Assembly (NCBI RefSeq): GCF_009914755.1
Contig: NC_060944.1
Direction: 5' to 3' (one strand)
DNA from: the human T2T-CHM13v2.0 reference genome, Homo sapiens
DNA: 64,000 bases
In this document: positions 41,708 to 55,672 of the stretch, piece after piece
How the letters are laid out: every line of letters begins with the position of its first letter
Position numbering within the stretch: the stretch's first letter is position 1
The notes under the pieces: generated by a model
What the model saw: only the letters and a program-made list of their open reading frames with translations
Database searches by the model: none
Told to the model about the DNA's origin: nothing
Program-made: the position numbers and the translations under genes

Positions 41708-41996
41708 ATTTTTTTGAAATAGGGTCTTGCTGTGTCACCCAGGCTGGAATGCAGTGGTATGATCACACTCACTGCAGCCTTGACCTCCTGGGCTTAAGAG
41801 ATCTTCCCACCTCAGACTTCCAAGTAGCTGGCTTCTGAGGTATGAGCCACCAAGCCCAGAGAATTTTTCAATTTTTGGTAAAGATCGGCGTGTCACTGTG
41901 TTGCCCAGGCTGGTCTTGAACTCTTGGGCTCAAGTTACCCTCCGCCCAGGTGTCCCAAAGTGCTGGGATTACAGGCCTGAACCACTGCACCGGGTC
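41708..41996 (-). mobile_element. AluJ
   Basis: cactgcagccttgacctcctgggc...cccaaagtgctgggattacagg. Confidence 0.88.
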
Positions 41997-43372
41997 CTAA
42001 AAATTCATTCACTTTCTTTTTTTGTCCACAAGGGGCTGCTGTTTCCCTTCTAATAAAATGAGACAGCTCACTTGAGAACATCAAGAACATGACATTCTCT
42101 AAAAAAAATCACAGTAGTTCCTTTTCCATAACTATTAAGTTTTCAAGGTGTTATCAGGTTTATTTCATAGAAAGAATGTGTAAAATTTTTCATGTAGAAA
42201 CATAATCTTTTAGCAATGACTTAGTTAAAAAATTTGGCATTGTCAGAATGAAGATTTCCTTTTCCCTATAATTTTATTTATTATAATTATATTTTTAATG
42301 ACATCAATTGCTTTATAAAAACTCATTATGTTATATACCCAATGACTGTGAAATCATCTGCTTTGAAGCACAGTGAAATCATCAATCAGCATAGTGGGTC
42401 TAACACAGTTCCTTCCATTTTAAGAAAGCTATTTACACTCCAATTTGCAAGTTGGACTTTACAAAATTAAAACATTAATAAAATATACTAACTATGATTG
42501 TTTTAAAAAGTAATGGTTTTTTATGGTAAGGAAATAAATTGAAGCTTTGTGTTGGAAAATGCAGAAAACAAATCAGCATTCTTTATAAATAGATCTTACT
42601 GCTGGTTTAGAAATTACCTTATGTGCTTTATAGATGATGGAAAATGAAATCAGCTGCAGTTAGCAGTGTGCATGCATCGTATTTGCTGTGTCACTTTCAG
42701 AAAGGTTATGGAATATTGGCAGGTCAGGATTCTCAAAATGATAAGTTCTAAGAAGAGGCTAAATGAAAAAGAATTTTAAAAGCAAGCCTAGTTGTTTAAT
42801 ATATACATGGACGAGTTATGGGGAAATCCTGGACTGGGAACTAGCAGATCAATGTTCTGACTTTTACTAAGTCATTGGCTGCTACAGCAGGCCGAGCAGA
42901 CATAACTGTCAAGGCTGCCTGGGAGTTGGGTTGATTGGCAATTGGCACAGGGAGAGAGAACAATTGCCAGAATAATGGCCAAATATTCAGAGTTTCATGT
43001 TCAGTGAAGCAGGACGTGCATTTGTATTCCAAGGGCAAAAGTGATGCTAGAATCTGGGCTTCCTGGCTGAATCTGAGTCCACAGTCTGATGAGTAGGATG
43101 AAGTAGTCTCAGAAATCCAAGCCAGCCAGAACCCATGAGGTGTGCTCTGCAGACATTGGCTGGCGAGCTGCATTAAGATGTTTCATTTCATTGAGCAAAC
43201 ATTCCTTGATTGGTTAGGTTAGCCTCCCACAAAAGCAGAGACAAATTCTTCAGAATTTGTCCATGAAGCTATAGTCCCAGAGCTTATATTTCAAGGGAGG
43301 AGGGAGGAAACAGCATCTCAGGATGGTAGGTGATTACAGCTAAACTGAATTCTGAAAATAAAAGGAACCCTA

Positions 43373-43722
43373 TGTCTTTGTCTGCTCAGGCTGCTGCTAC
43401 AAACAACTGTAGACTGAGTGGCTTAAACAGCATATACTTGTTTCTCACAGTTGTGGGAATTCAAAGATTAAAATCTGGGCCAGCAGAGCCAGTGTCTGGT
43501 GAAGGCCCTCTTACTGGTTTGCAGGTGTTCTTGTTGTATCTTCACATGGCTGAGAGAAGAGGGCTGTAGTCTCCTGCTCTTCTTATTAGGATGCTAACCC
43601 CATTGTGGGAACTCCATCCTCATCAAAACCAAATTACTTCCCAAAGGTCCTCCTTCTAATGCCATTCTACTGTTAGAGTTTCAACATGTGCATTTGTTGA
43701 TGCAAACATGCAGTGCACAGCA
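43373..43722 (-). mobile_element. MLT1A-like solo LTR
   Basis: tgtctttgtctgctcaggctgc...agactgagtggcttaaac...tgtctggtgaaggcc. Confidence 0.75.
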
Positions 43723-45159
43723 TCTAATCTAATCAAATCAGTTGTCCCTTGAATAAAATTCTAGCTCCTATAACAAGACTCAAAATTATGACTTGGTTGT
43801 TGCCAAAACTGTCTATCTGGATTTGCTAGAAATCAAACATTCTTGAATATTTCTTCTAAAGATTTTCTCATTCCTACCCTATTGTGTATATTTACAGAAT
43901 TCTTAAATAATTACATATACAAGGCTTCTATTAGCTCTGACGACAGCTTCTATTAGCTTTGACGATTGCAAGCAGCTTTATAGCACTGTAGGTAAAAGCA
44001 TGTGCTTTGAAATCATACAATAAATTTATTAAATGCTAAGCATTTTATATTCACTATTTAATTTTATCATCTTAATCACCTTCATTATTACCTCCATTAA
44101 ACCCTATTTGTTGGCTACTTATATTATTCTGATTTTGCAAATCTAAATTTGAGAGGCTTTCCCTATGTCACATAAGTTAATAAGTGGCATAGCTGGGATT
44201 TGAATTAAAGTCTACCTGATTCCAAGATCTATTTACCATTGTTCTACAATATGTACTTTTTAGGTCCCTGAGAATGCTAACAGCCTTTCTTTTGAAATCT
44301 ACCTTCTTTCTGGATAGCAGCTTTATTAATATGTGATTAGGGCACCACATTTCAGGCAACAAATTCTTTGAAATCTTTCATTTCCATAGTGAGATAAGGA
44401 TCAGTTCTGTGGCATTGTCAGCCAGAAAACATCATTTGGAGACGACCTTGTACAAGAAGTAGAAGACACAGCTGGGGGCCGGCGGAGGACAGAAAACTCA
44501 CAGCTTCTGTCCATACCCCTTTCACTTCCTCCTCAAGGAGATGGACCTCTGTGGTTGGTCAAGCTTAAGGATCTTTTATGGGCCACAGCTAATGGTGAAA
44601 TCTTCCTAACTCTGGGTGAAGATTAATGGGCAAGTTGGAGAGTTAAGGTAGCTTGTGGCTGCTCCTTTTAGAAGAAAGTCTGATCAATGCTCTCTTATTT
44701 GTGGAACCCCTCTGTTCCCCCAAATGCTTGGTAAGACATGCCTGAAGACCAATCCTGTGTCAGTAGACTTCATATCTACTCTCTTCTACCAATCACACAA
44801 CTACAGACAAATAAGAAAAATAAAACAAAGCTCAGACACACTCCCCTGGCATGGAGGCCACTCTCTGGCTGGCTGCTTTTCTCTACCCTGGCACCTCCTG
44901 GGCGTTTGGCTCTTTCTTAGATCAAAGCGAGACATGGGTTTGGGATTAAAGAGAAGAAGGTGAAAGGGGTCTCTGGCCTGCTTTGGCATTAGACCAAGTA
45001 AATAACAGAGTTCTGACTTAAGCTCAGTTCCGTAGAGCTTTCTCTGTGTTTGGGGAAAATCTCTGATAGTAATGAAGTGATATTTTACTGTTCTTCCTTT
45101 TCTGTACATATATCTCTTTCTTAGGTATGTTGTGAGGAGATTTGTTCCCTGGACAAATA

Positions 45160-45540
45160 TATTTCTCAAATAATAAGTCTTGAAAGTCAAAATGATGCCG
45201 CAATCCATGGACTACAGAATAGATGTTGTGTTGGCAGGCATGAAACCAGCATGTGTTTCCCTGTACATCTCCATTAGAGCTCTTTAGTTACCAGGTACAT
45301 TGTCAAAAAGCTGAAGTATTTGAAGTGAATCTTTTTTCTGAGCTGTAGGTCTCAACAGTGGGATTAAAATACTCAGTAACCCATGCGGTAAACAGCTCTG
45401 ATGTCATCCAAGTGTTGTTGTTCCATTTATAGAGCACGGGTAGTGTAGATTTAGCATAATTCTTAAGAGGTGCCCTAGGATTTATGGAATAGCAAATGAG
45501 CATTGGCTTGTAACAAGAAAGTCAGCCTGTCCTTTAAATC
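45160..45540 (-). mobile_element. Tigger1 transposase fragment
   Basis: ORF 45303-45503 [45 protein letters not shown] matches the Tigger1 DDE region. Confidence 0.88.
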
Positions 45541-45846
45541 TTTTTCTTTTTCTTGATATAAGGTCTCACTCCATTACCCAGGCTGGATTGCAGTGGCATG
45601 ATCTTGGCCCACTCCATACTTGACCTCCTTGACCCCACAATCCTCCCACCTCAGCCTCCTGAGTAGCTGGGACTAGTAGCATGCACCACCATACATGGCT
45701 TATTTTTATTTATTTATTTATTTTTTGTTAGAGACAGGGTTTCACCATGTTGCCCAGGCTGGTCTGAAGCTCCTAAGTTCAAGCCATTGCCCCACTTCAG
45801 CCTCACAGAATGCTGGGATTACAGGCGTGATCCACCCTGTCTGGCC
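45541..45846 (-). mobile_element. AluJ
   Basis: Reverse Alu dimer. Confidence 0.88.
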
Positions 45847-46305
45847 TCTAAATTCGTGTTATGGAGACTCATTTTCATGGTTAAAATGTCCTGAATTGAC
45901 TGTGGCCTGTTGGGAGGCGGGATGGAGGAAACTACTTATGGAAAATGAAGAAGAAAGGGAAGCACATCAGAAGCAAGAAAGTGTCATCAATTTTTACGTC
46001 AAAGACTCCATGATAAAAAGAAAGTACAGGTGGTTTGTTATCAAGGCTGACCATTGGACTGTGGACTGCACATACATCTACCAGGTTCTTCTGGATAGTC
46101 ACAGTTTTAAATTTTTGACCTGATATTCATGAACACAGTGCTACTGGTCAGACCTTTGTCCAGGTTTAAGCTTCAGAACATAATGTCTTCATGCAGTGGG
46201 AGGCCTGGTTAGGGTTATGATTCTGCCCTGGGGCATCAGCCCCTTCTGGCCTGGAGGTAAACTTGGCATCTACTACTTACCTCTACACTTGAACAGCCAA
46301 GGATG

Positions 46306-46435
46306 GGCTGAGCACAGAGGCTCACATCTGTAACTCCAGCACTTTGGGAGGCCAAGGCAGGAGGATCGCTTAAGGCCAGGAGTTCAATACCAGCCTGGGC
46401 AATATAGTGAGACCTCATCTCTGTAAAAACAAACA
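46306..46435 (+). mobile_element. FLAM Alu monomer
   Basis: cagcactttgggaggccaaggcaggaggatcgcttaaggccaggagttc. Confidence 0.85.
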
Positions 46436-46470
46436 AAACCGAAGATGGGTGGGTGACATGGAGCAGTTCA

Positions 46471-46955
<485 letters not shown>

Positions 46956-47180
46956 AATAATGTTTTCTACAAGCAAGGAGTTACTTTGTACTGTGAACTG
47001 GTGTGAAGGAATCCGCCATGTGTAAGCTTTTGGATTGATGACAGTTATTTCTAGATCACAGAGGTGGGAATGCTTGTTGATCATCTTCTATGTTCTTTGT
47101 TATATTGATTTTTTAAAATTAGCATTTTTATAACAATAAAGTCATAAAGATAAGTAACTAAAATAAAGTAAAGTAATCTA

Positions 47181-47487
<307 letters not shown>

Positions 47488-48438
47488 TCTAAATGTTATT
47501 GAGTTGAATATTTAAACTTTTAATTGACATTTCAAATTAGATTCTAATTCCACTTAAAAGAGCATCTCATAGAAGCAAATGTACTCAATTATATTAACTC
47601 TGTAGTTTCATTTAAGCAATTTGTTTTGTGAAGGGACACAAAGCCAACCAGATTTTAACAGTGTATAAATATGTATTTATTAATTTAATTACAACGACAA
47701 TACTCTCAACTCCCCATTTGAATATAGGAGAGCATCTGATCTGTGTTCTGGGACAGCATGCACTATAGGTGTGTGGAAATACCGATGCCCTCAGCTGTGT
47801 GGCAGGCTCAGTGGGACCTGGAGTGCAGGAGCCCCTGGGCCATTCACCTCTGGCCACAAAAGTCATTGTCTATTTACCCCCAACTGCTATAGAAATACTA
47901 TTTTCAGTGGTTGTTATGTTGCAAAAGAAAAGAAGCAGGGAGATTTATTAAACTTTTACATATAAGATATATTAGTAAATAAAGTCTACTTTCTTCTGGC
48001 TTAACTAAAAATCTATACTAGTATTTATGCCTTTTGGAAATTAGAGATGCCATTTTAAATATTTTGAAGCAAAGCAACTGAGTATTAGGTAAGACAGCCA
48101 AACACAACTGCAGAATTGTAGAGGTTATGTGTTACATGTATAAGAATATGTCATAGCAATAATCTTTTAAGACTCTGTGAAGACACTCCACAGTGAAGCA
48201 GAAATTAGAACAGAATTAATAATACTGTGTATGCTCTCAGTTCACCAATTTATCAAAACTAGCTTTATGATTCAGGAGGGTGTCTGCTCTTTTGCAATTG
48301 GAAGAAAAGAAAGAATATTTTATTTTTTGACTCTTTAGATTTTCTTCACTAACAGTATTTCCAAGGCTAAGTAACACTAAGAGAAAAAAGCGGTCTTGAG
48401 CAGCTTTTTAAAAATGGTCTTAAAATATGGAAAATGAA

Positions 48439-48725
48439 GCCAGGTGTGGTGGCTCACTCTTGTGATCCCAGCAATTTGGGAGCCTGAGGTGGGAGGATTG
48501 CTTGAGGCCAAAAGTTTGAGACCAGCCTGGGCAGCATAGCAAGATCCCCGTCATTGCAAAAAACAATATTTTTTTAAAAAAATTAGCTGGATATGGTGGT
48601 GCATGCCTTAGAGTCCCAGTTACTTGGGAGGCTGAGGTAGGAGGAGCTCTTGAGCCCAGGAGTTCAAGTCTGAAGTGAGCTATGATTGCACCACTGTCCT
48701 CAAGCCTGGGCAACAAAGTGAGACC

Positions 48726-48728
<3 letters not shown>
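48439..48728 (+). mobile_element. AluJ
   Basis: ggaggattgcttgaggcc, gagctatgattgcaccactg. Confidence 0.88.
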
Positions 48729-48785
<57 letters not shown>

Positions 48786-48849
48786 CATATATATAAAATA
48801 TATATACATATATAATATATATACATATATATAAAATATATATATATAT
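48727..48849. repeat. Compound microsatellite (TCTG)n(TC)n(TA)n at the Alu tail
   Basis: Seen directly in the sequence. Confidence 0.95.
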
Positions 48850-49328
48850 GGAAAAGGGAAGGGGCCAAGAATATCAAAGACATTGAAGAAGAGGAAAGAT
48901 TTGTCCTGCCAAATATCGGAAGTTTTATAAAGCTACAGCAATTAAGACAGTGTGGTCCTCACTGATACACTGACTAATGAAACAGAATAGAGAGTTCCCA
49001 AGCAAATCTCCACCAATTTAATCTTCGATATGTGATGTAGGTGACATGGCAGATCAGCAAGGAAAGAAATGACTTTTCAATAAATAGAATAAAAAAATAA
49101 TGGTTATTGATATAAGAAACAAAATGAAATTATATTCCTACTTCATTCTATATACAAACATTAAATTCCAGATGGACAAAAGACTTACATGTCAGAAACA
49201 AAACTTTAAAACTTTAAGTAGAAAATGTAAGTGAATGAGACACAAAAAGCCATTTAACCATTAAAAAAGATTGGACATTTTGACTATCACAAAATTAAGA
49301 ACTTTTTACATCAAAAAGTGGAAAGATA

Positions 49329-49600
49329 GGCTGGGCACAGTGTCTCAAGCCTGTAATCCCAACAGTACATCACCTGAGATCAGGAGTTTGAGACCAGGCT
49401 GGCCAACATGGTGAAACCCCATCTCTACTAAAAATACAAGAAATTAGCCAGGTATTAGTGGCAGACACCTGTAATCCCAGCTACTTGGGAAGCTAAGGCA
49501 CGAGAATGGTCTGAACCTGGGAGGTGGAGGCTGCAGTGAGCCACTGCACTCCAGCCTGAATGACAGAGTGAGACTCTGTCTCAAAAACAAAAAATATAAA
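49329..49600 (+). mobile_element. AluS with small deletions
   Basis: cacctgagatcaggagtttgagaccaggctggccaacatggtgaaacccc. Confidence 0.9.
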
Positions 49601-49897
49601 TTAAAAAATAAAAGTAAAAAAGTGAAAAGATAAACTATAAATTAGAGAAGATATTTGCAGTAACTGAAACCTACAAAAGATTAATATCATATCAACTAAC
49701 TATAAGGAGCTCCTATGAATTAATTTTAAAAATAGCAGCCCAACAGAAAATTGGGAAAAGACAATAATAGGGATTTAACAAAAGAGAAAGCCCGCAAAAC
49801 ATAAAAATTTTCTCAACCTCATTAGTAATCAGGGAAATGCACAAGATACTACACATCTATTCTCTCCACAAATATTAAGAAGTTTGACAATAAGAAA

Positions 49898-52207
49898 TTT
49901 ATTAGTCCATATTCACACTGCTGATAAAGACATACCTGAGACAGGGAAGAAAAAGAGGCTTAATTGGATTAAGGGTTCCACATGGCTGAGGAGGCCTCAG
50001 AGTTATGGCGGTGGATGAACAGCACTTCTTACATGGCAGTGGCAAGAGAATATGAGAAGGAGGCAAAAGAAGCAAAAGATGAAACCACTGATAAACCCAT
50101 CAGATCTTGTGAGATTTATTCACTATCACAAGAATAGCATGGGAAAGACCGGCCCTAAAGATTCAACTACCTCCCCCTGGTTCCCTCCCCGAACACATGG
50201 GAATCCTGAGCAATACAATTCAAGTTGAGATGTGGGTAGGGACATAGTTAAACCATATTATTCTGCTCCTGGCCCCTCCAAATCTCATGTCCTCACACTT
50301 CAAAACCAATCATGCCTTCCCAACAGTCCCCCAAAGTCTTAACTCATTTCAGTATTAACCCAAATGTCCACTTTCTAAAGTCTCATCTGAGACAAGGCAA
50401 GTCTCTTCTGCCTATGACCCTGTAAAATCTAAATCAAGCTAGTTACTTCCTAGATACAATGGGGGTACAGGTAATTGAGTAAATACAGCTGTTCCAAATG
50501 GGAGAAATTTGCCAAAACAAAGGGGTTACAGGCCCCATGCAAGTCCAAAATCCAGCAAGGTAGTCAAATTTTAAAGCTCCAAAATGATCTCCTTTGACTC
50601 CATGTTTCACATCAAGGTCATGCTGATGCAAGACGTGGGCTCCCACAGCCTTGGGTAGTTCTGCCACTGTGGCTTTGCAGGGTATAGCCCACCTCCTGGC
50701 TGTTTTCATAGGCTGATGTTGAGTGTCCGCAGCTTTTCCAGGCTCATGGTGAAAGCTGTCAGTGAATCTACTATTCTGGGGTCTGGAGGAGAGTGGCCCT
50801 CTCCTCACAGCTCCACTAGGAAGTGCCCCAGTAGGGACTCTGTATAGGGGCTCTGACCCCACATTTCTCTTCTGCACAGCCCTAGCAGAGGTTCTCCATC
50901 AGAGCACCACCCCTGCAGCAAACTTCTGCTTGGACATCCAGGTGTTTTCAAACATCCTCTGAAATCTAGGTGGAGGTTTCCAAACCTCAATTCTTGACTT
51001 CTATGCATGTGCAGGCTGAACACAACATGGAAGCTGCCAAGGTTTGGTGCTTGCACTCTTAACGCCGTGGCCTGAGTTCTATGTTGTCCCCTTTCAGCCA
51101 TGGCTGGAGGCGTTGAAACACAGAGAAACAAGGCCCTAGTCTACACACAGCACAGTGAACCTGGCCCAGCACAGGAATCCATTTTATCCTCCTAGGCCCT
51201 GGGCTTGTGATAGGAGGGACTTCTGTGATGACCTATGACATGCCCTGTAGACATTTTCCCCATTGTTTTTGGGATTAACATTCAGCTTCTTATTACTTAT
51301 GCAAATTTCTGCAGACAGCTTGAATTTATCCTCAGAAAATGGGATTTTCTTCTCTATCACATTGTCAGGCTGCAAATTTTCCAAAACTGTATGCTCTGCT
51401 TCCTTTATAAAACCGAAGGCCTTTAACATCACCCAAGTCACCTCTTGAATGCTTTACTGCTTAGAAATTTCTTCCAGCAGATACCCTAAATTATCACTCT
51501 CAAGTTAAAAGTTCCACAAATCTCTAGGACAGGGGCAAAATGCTGCCATTCTCTTTGCTAAAACATAACGAGAGTTACCTTTGTTCCAGTTCACAAGAAG
51601 TTCCTCATCTCCATCTGAGAACACCTCGGCCTGGAACTTATTGTTCAATACACTATCAGCACTTTTGTCAAAGTCATTCAGCAAGTCTCTAGGAGGTTCC
51701 AAATTTTCCCACATTTTCCAGTGTTCTTCTGAGCCCTCCAATCTGTTCCAATCTCTGCCTGTTACCAAGTTTCAAAGTCACTTGCACATTTTTGGGTATC
51801 TTTTCAGGAGCACCCTACTCCACTGGTATCAATTTACTGTATTAGTCTGTTTTCACACTGCTGATAAAGGCATACCCAAGTCTGAGAAGAAAAAGAGGTG
51901 TAAAGAAAAAGAACTGTAATTGGATTTACAGTCCCACATGGTAGGGGAGGCCTCAGAGTCATGGCAGGAGGTAAAAGGCACTTCTCACATGGCAGCAGCA
52001 AGAGAAAATGAGGAGGAAGCCAAAGCAGAAACTCCTGATAAACCCATCAGATCTCATGAGACTTATTCACTATCTTGAGAATAGTACAGGAAAGACTGGC
52101 CTCTGTGGTTCAATTACCACACCCTGGGTCCCTCCCCTAACATGTGGGAATTCTGGGAGATAGAATTCAAGCTGGGATTTGGGTGTGGACACAGCCAAAC
52201 CATATCA
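49898..52207 (-). mobile_element. THE1 (THE1C-like) MaLR element: LTRs 49898-50260 and 51838-52207 plus internal region
   Basis: Two direct LTRs (tattagtc...cacactgctgataaag...aaaccatat) around about 1.6 kb of THE1-int (ORF track 50443-51768). Confidence 0.92.
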
Positions 52208-52904
52208 CCATATATGGAGAGACTGGATCAACAAGATCATGTCGAACTAATACAGTCGGTGAGAGTTTAAATTAGAACAACCACTTTGGAAAGCAATTTG
52301 GATTATCTTATAAATTTGAGCATTCTCATATGTTATGGCAAAGTAATTCCTTTACCGTAGGCCCTGGAGAAACTCTTGCCCATATGTACCAGAAGTAGTA
52401 AAAAAAAAAAAAATGCTCATGTAATGCCATTCATAATGGCAAAAATCTGGAAATAAACCAAATGTTCATTAATAGGAGAATGGGTAAATTAATAGGAGAA
52501 TTGGTAAATAAATTATACCCTTAAAAACTAAATAATATGTCATTTAGGGTAATCATATGTATGCAATAAAACAATGTTTTTATTTTAAAGGAAGAGAATC
52601 CTAAACATAAATTCAGGGTAGTAGTTACCCTCGGGCTGAAGGATGAAAATCAGGAAAAAGGACAGAGGAGGAGCAGATGGTAGGGTCAGAACCCTAGTTC
52701 TTTGGTTGTGTTGTAAGTTCACAAGTGATTACTCTATTGTTCAAATACATTTACACAGAGGCTCAGGCACAGACAAGGATGAAATAGGAGCCAAGGTGTG
52801 CTATGAGCCAAGGATTATGATTAATCCAATTTTGAGCACTTTAAGCCATTTGAAAAACAGAAAAACAAAACAACAAAATAATTTTTAAGAAATTGAATAT
52901 AGGG

Positions 52905-53289
52905 TGCTATGCTCTGAATGTGTCCCCCTAAAATTAATCACCAATGTCATAAGATTAGGAAGTAGGGCTTTTAGGTAGTGATTCAGTCATGAAGGGAGAG
53001 TCTTCACAAATGGGTTTAGGATCCTTACACAACTGGAGGGAGTGGGCTTCCCCTGTTTTGCACTTCCGCCTTCTGCCATGTGAGGACACAGTGCATCTCC
53101 TCCTGAAGACACAGTGCACAAGGTACCATCTTGGATGCAGAGACCAGGCCCTCACCAGACACCAATCCTGCTGGCACCTTGATCTTGGACTTCTAGCCTA
53201 TGGAACTGTGAGAAATACATTTCTGTTCTTCAGAAATTACCCAGCCTAGTGTATTTTCTTATATAGTAGCACAAACTCATTAAGGCACA
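52905..53289 (+). mobile_element. MaLR solo LTR (MSTD/MLT1A-like)
   Basis: tgctatgctctgaatgtgtcccc...gccctcaccagacacc...accttgatcttggacttc...ctgtgagaaatacatttctg. Confidence 0.8.
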
Positions 53290-53440
53290 ATGCCTCTTGA
53301 CATTTTCTTCTACAATTTTCTTTGTTGCCTCTTTAGCACTGGGTCATTTTATATTTGATCCTTCATTATATCTCTTACTTTCGGTTTTTCACATTTCTGT
53401 TCCAAGTGTATTCTTAGATGCATATTTTCCACTATTAATT

Positions 53441-55320
53441 AGCCTCAGGGGTTGCCAGGGAGTGTGTGTTTCTGTGCCACCACTGTAGGACTGTGTGTGT
53501 GTGTCTCCCATTCTCTCTTTTCTCTCTGTCTCTCACCCTCTGTGTGTTTCTTTCCCTCTCTCTGTCGGTCTGTGTGTGTGCGTGTTTGTGTGTGTACGCC
53601 CGTGTGCGTGTGTATCTTTGGACGAATGTGCTCTGTTCGCCAAAATGCGATTTTTTCCATGTCGGCCAGTCTTTGTTGAGCCTCTCTGCCTGGGTCCCGT
53701 GGCCGGTTGTCCATCATTTTCACGGCGGTTCCACTTTGGGTTTTTGAAGTCCTCGATCACGTGAGGAGACGCGTCGGTCCCGGAGCAATCGAAGTCTCAT
53801 CCCCATCCTGAGCGGCCTCTTTTCTAGGATCAAGAGGACCACACTCCAGCCCAGGACAAAACCCAACAGCAGCTCATTGTCCGGCAGGAGAGGAGCAGAC
53901 CCACCTCCAAGAAGATGGTTGTACCCCTGCACGGCTCTTCTCTGAGCAATGAAGCCACACCACGATACAATTCTGAGGAGGAAGCCGGGAATGGGAGACG
54001 GCAACAATCCCTGTCCCTGGAATGCTGGCCTCTCTGGACAAGTCACGCGTTTCACACCCCTCCCCTTATGCCCGTGGCAGTGGCAAGGTCCTGTAACCTG
54101 CCTGGGCTCTGGCCTCTGCTCTGTCCTCCCTCTTGCTCTGTCTCCCCTGTTTCTGAGGGGCCTAGTTGCCTCTTGGTCTGGCTAATAACTTCTACGAAGA
54201 TCGCTTCCCAGTCCATCAGGGAGACACTTTCTGGAGATGCGTGACATGACTCTTTCTCTCTCCAAACCTGTTTCTGCTGGATTGGGCAGGTCTGATAAGC
54301 CTGGAACACTTGGCTTCCATGCGTGTCTCAGACAGGGAAGCTTCTTTGGTCTCCTTGCTTCACCTCATGGGTGGGTGGATTGCCTAGAATAAGCGCTAGG
54401 TGATCATGACTGGCCTTGTCTTCTAGGACAGGTGGTGTCCCATTTCCTCTGCACGTCCTGTCTTACAAATGAGGGATATCCTCTCCTCTGCTCATAGGTG
54501 GACTGATTCCTTGAATCTTTTGGCTGTAATGAATGTCAGGAAACCAAAGGAACTGGGCTGGGCCTGGGGATGGGTTTGGGGCTGGGTGCAGGGAAGGTTG
54601 CGTCAGGGCTACCTGGGCGGTGGAGGCTTCGGGGTGGGGTGAATGTTGCAGAAACCTGTGTGCTCCTCTGGCAGGCATTTCAAAATGTGGCTTGGACTGA
54701 GGCACAGGCCCTGTCCAGGTTCCCAGGTCTTCTTTGAGTTCCCTTGGCACTCAGGGAAAGGCCACTTGATCCCCCTTTCCACTGGGCACATGCCTGGACA
54801 CCACTGTTGGTTTCGCCGTCACCCCATTTGCCTCCAGTGACGCACATTCACACCATCTGCTGTGGGATATGCCAGTGCCACGCGTGATCGCATTGTCTCC
54901 ACCTCGGCTTCACACCGTCCCTGTTTGCACCTGTCCTGGAAAGCGGTGTCCGCTTGCAGGAGTCCCAGGGCTTTTAGAAGCGGGGCACGCCACTGCTCTT
55001 TCAACGGAGGAGGGAGGCAGAGGGCTCACGGATCAGTGAACTTTCAGCTGACACCACGCCTTGAGGGCCATGGGATCATTCTGTGCTGCAGCGAGGACCT
55101 GCCTGCCTCACCAGATGTGCTGAGCCCATCCTTTCTAACCCGGAGGGGTCCAAACTAGGATCTGAAGAGGAGTCCTGAGAACCCAGCAGGCACCCTGAAG
55201 ATCCCCCTCCATAGGTGGAAGTCGGCTCAAGGAGGTCCTGAAGACTGGACTCCTGGGGGGTTGGCCCGGGGACAGGATACTCAAGCACTCCTCTCCCACC
55301 CCGCCCCAAACTGGACCTCA
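53441..55320. repeat. Single SST1 (NBL2/MER22)-type unit with FAM27-like sequence
   Basis: GC-rich unit with (GT)n and (CT)n tracts. Minus-strand translations LEKRPLRMGMRLRLLRDRRVSSR and EAQQRLADMEKIAFWRTEHIRPKIHTHTGVHTQ resemble the recalled FAM27D1/E products. Confidence 0.65.
53445..53835 (-). pseudogene. FAM27-like reading frame, broken by a stop/frame change at about 53720
   Basis: ORF track 53720-54055 and 53445-53723 together cover the FAM27D1-like peptide. Confidence 0.6.
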
Positions 55321-55395
55321 GCCCCCACGCCACAGCCCCCACTTTCTCCCCAGAGCTGAGGGACAGACAGAGAATTGCGACTAGAAATTCGATAG

Positions 55396-55433
55396 ATTGG
55401 TATGAGGGACCACGTGGCCAGGGGCTGGCCAAT
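55396..55433. promoter_or_regulatory. Composite NF-Y / E-box / NF-Y promoter module
   Basis: ATTGG 55396-55400, CACGTG 55411-55416, CCAAT 55429-55433, followed by a GC-box-like gggaggcggg near 55515. Confidence 0.6.
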
Positions 55434-55449
55434 GACCAGGCCGCCCGGG

Positions 55450-55672
55450 ATGAGCTAATAATGGAAGCAATTTGTAACTTTCAGTAACTCTCTAGGCCTG
55501 GGTACCGGAGGGAGGGAGGCGGGCAGAGGAGGGGAGATGGGCACCCCCAGTTTTTCCATCCTCCTCATTCGTCTAGGGGCACCCGAATCCCCTATTCCTT
55601 ATTTCCCCTATCACTCAGGCACTGGCAGGGTCCTTTTCCCACTCCTGTTGGCCGCCGCGGCTCCAAAGCGAG
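55450..55672 (+). ncRNA. Candidate first exon of a spliced lncRNA (possibly FAM242-like)
   Basis: Downstream of the promoter module; ends at the strong donor GAG|gtaagc (55673). The start site and family are inferred. Confidence 0.35.

Larger units (their letters stand above)
48850..52745 (+). mobile_element. Old L1ME-like fragments, interrupted by an Alu and THE1
   Basis: aaagctacagcaattaagacagtgtggt, agtaatcagggaaatgca, aaccactttggaaagcaatttgg. Confidence 0.65.

Noticed and set aside
43924-43965. 22-bp tandem duplication gcttctattagctctgacgaca
   Set aside because: Ordinary slippage-type duplication with nothing pointing to function.
53441-55320. D4Z4/DUX4-like or rDNA repeat, given the FRG1 context
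   Set aside because: No homeodomain ORF, LSau or rRNA sequence seen. The translations fit FAM27/SST1 better.
55396-55433. ER stress element (ERSE)
   Set aside because: The arrangement is ATTGG-N9-CCACG, not CCAAT-N9-CCACG (ERSE) or ATTGG-N-CCACG (ERSE-II).
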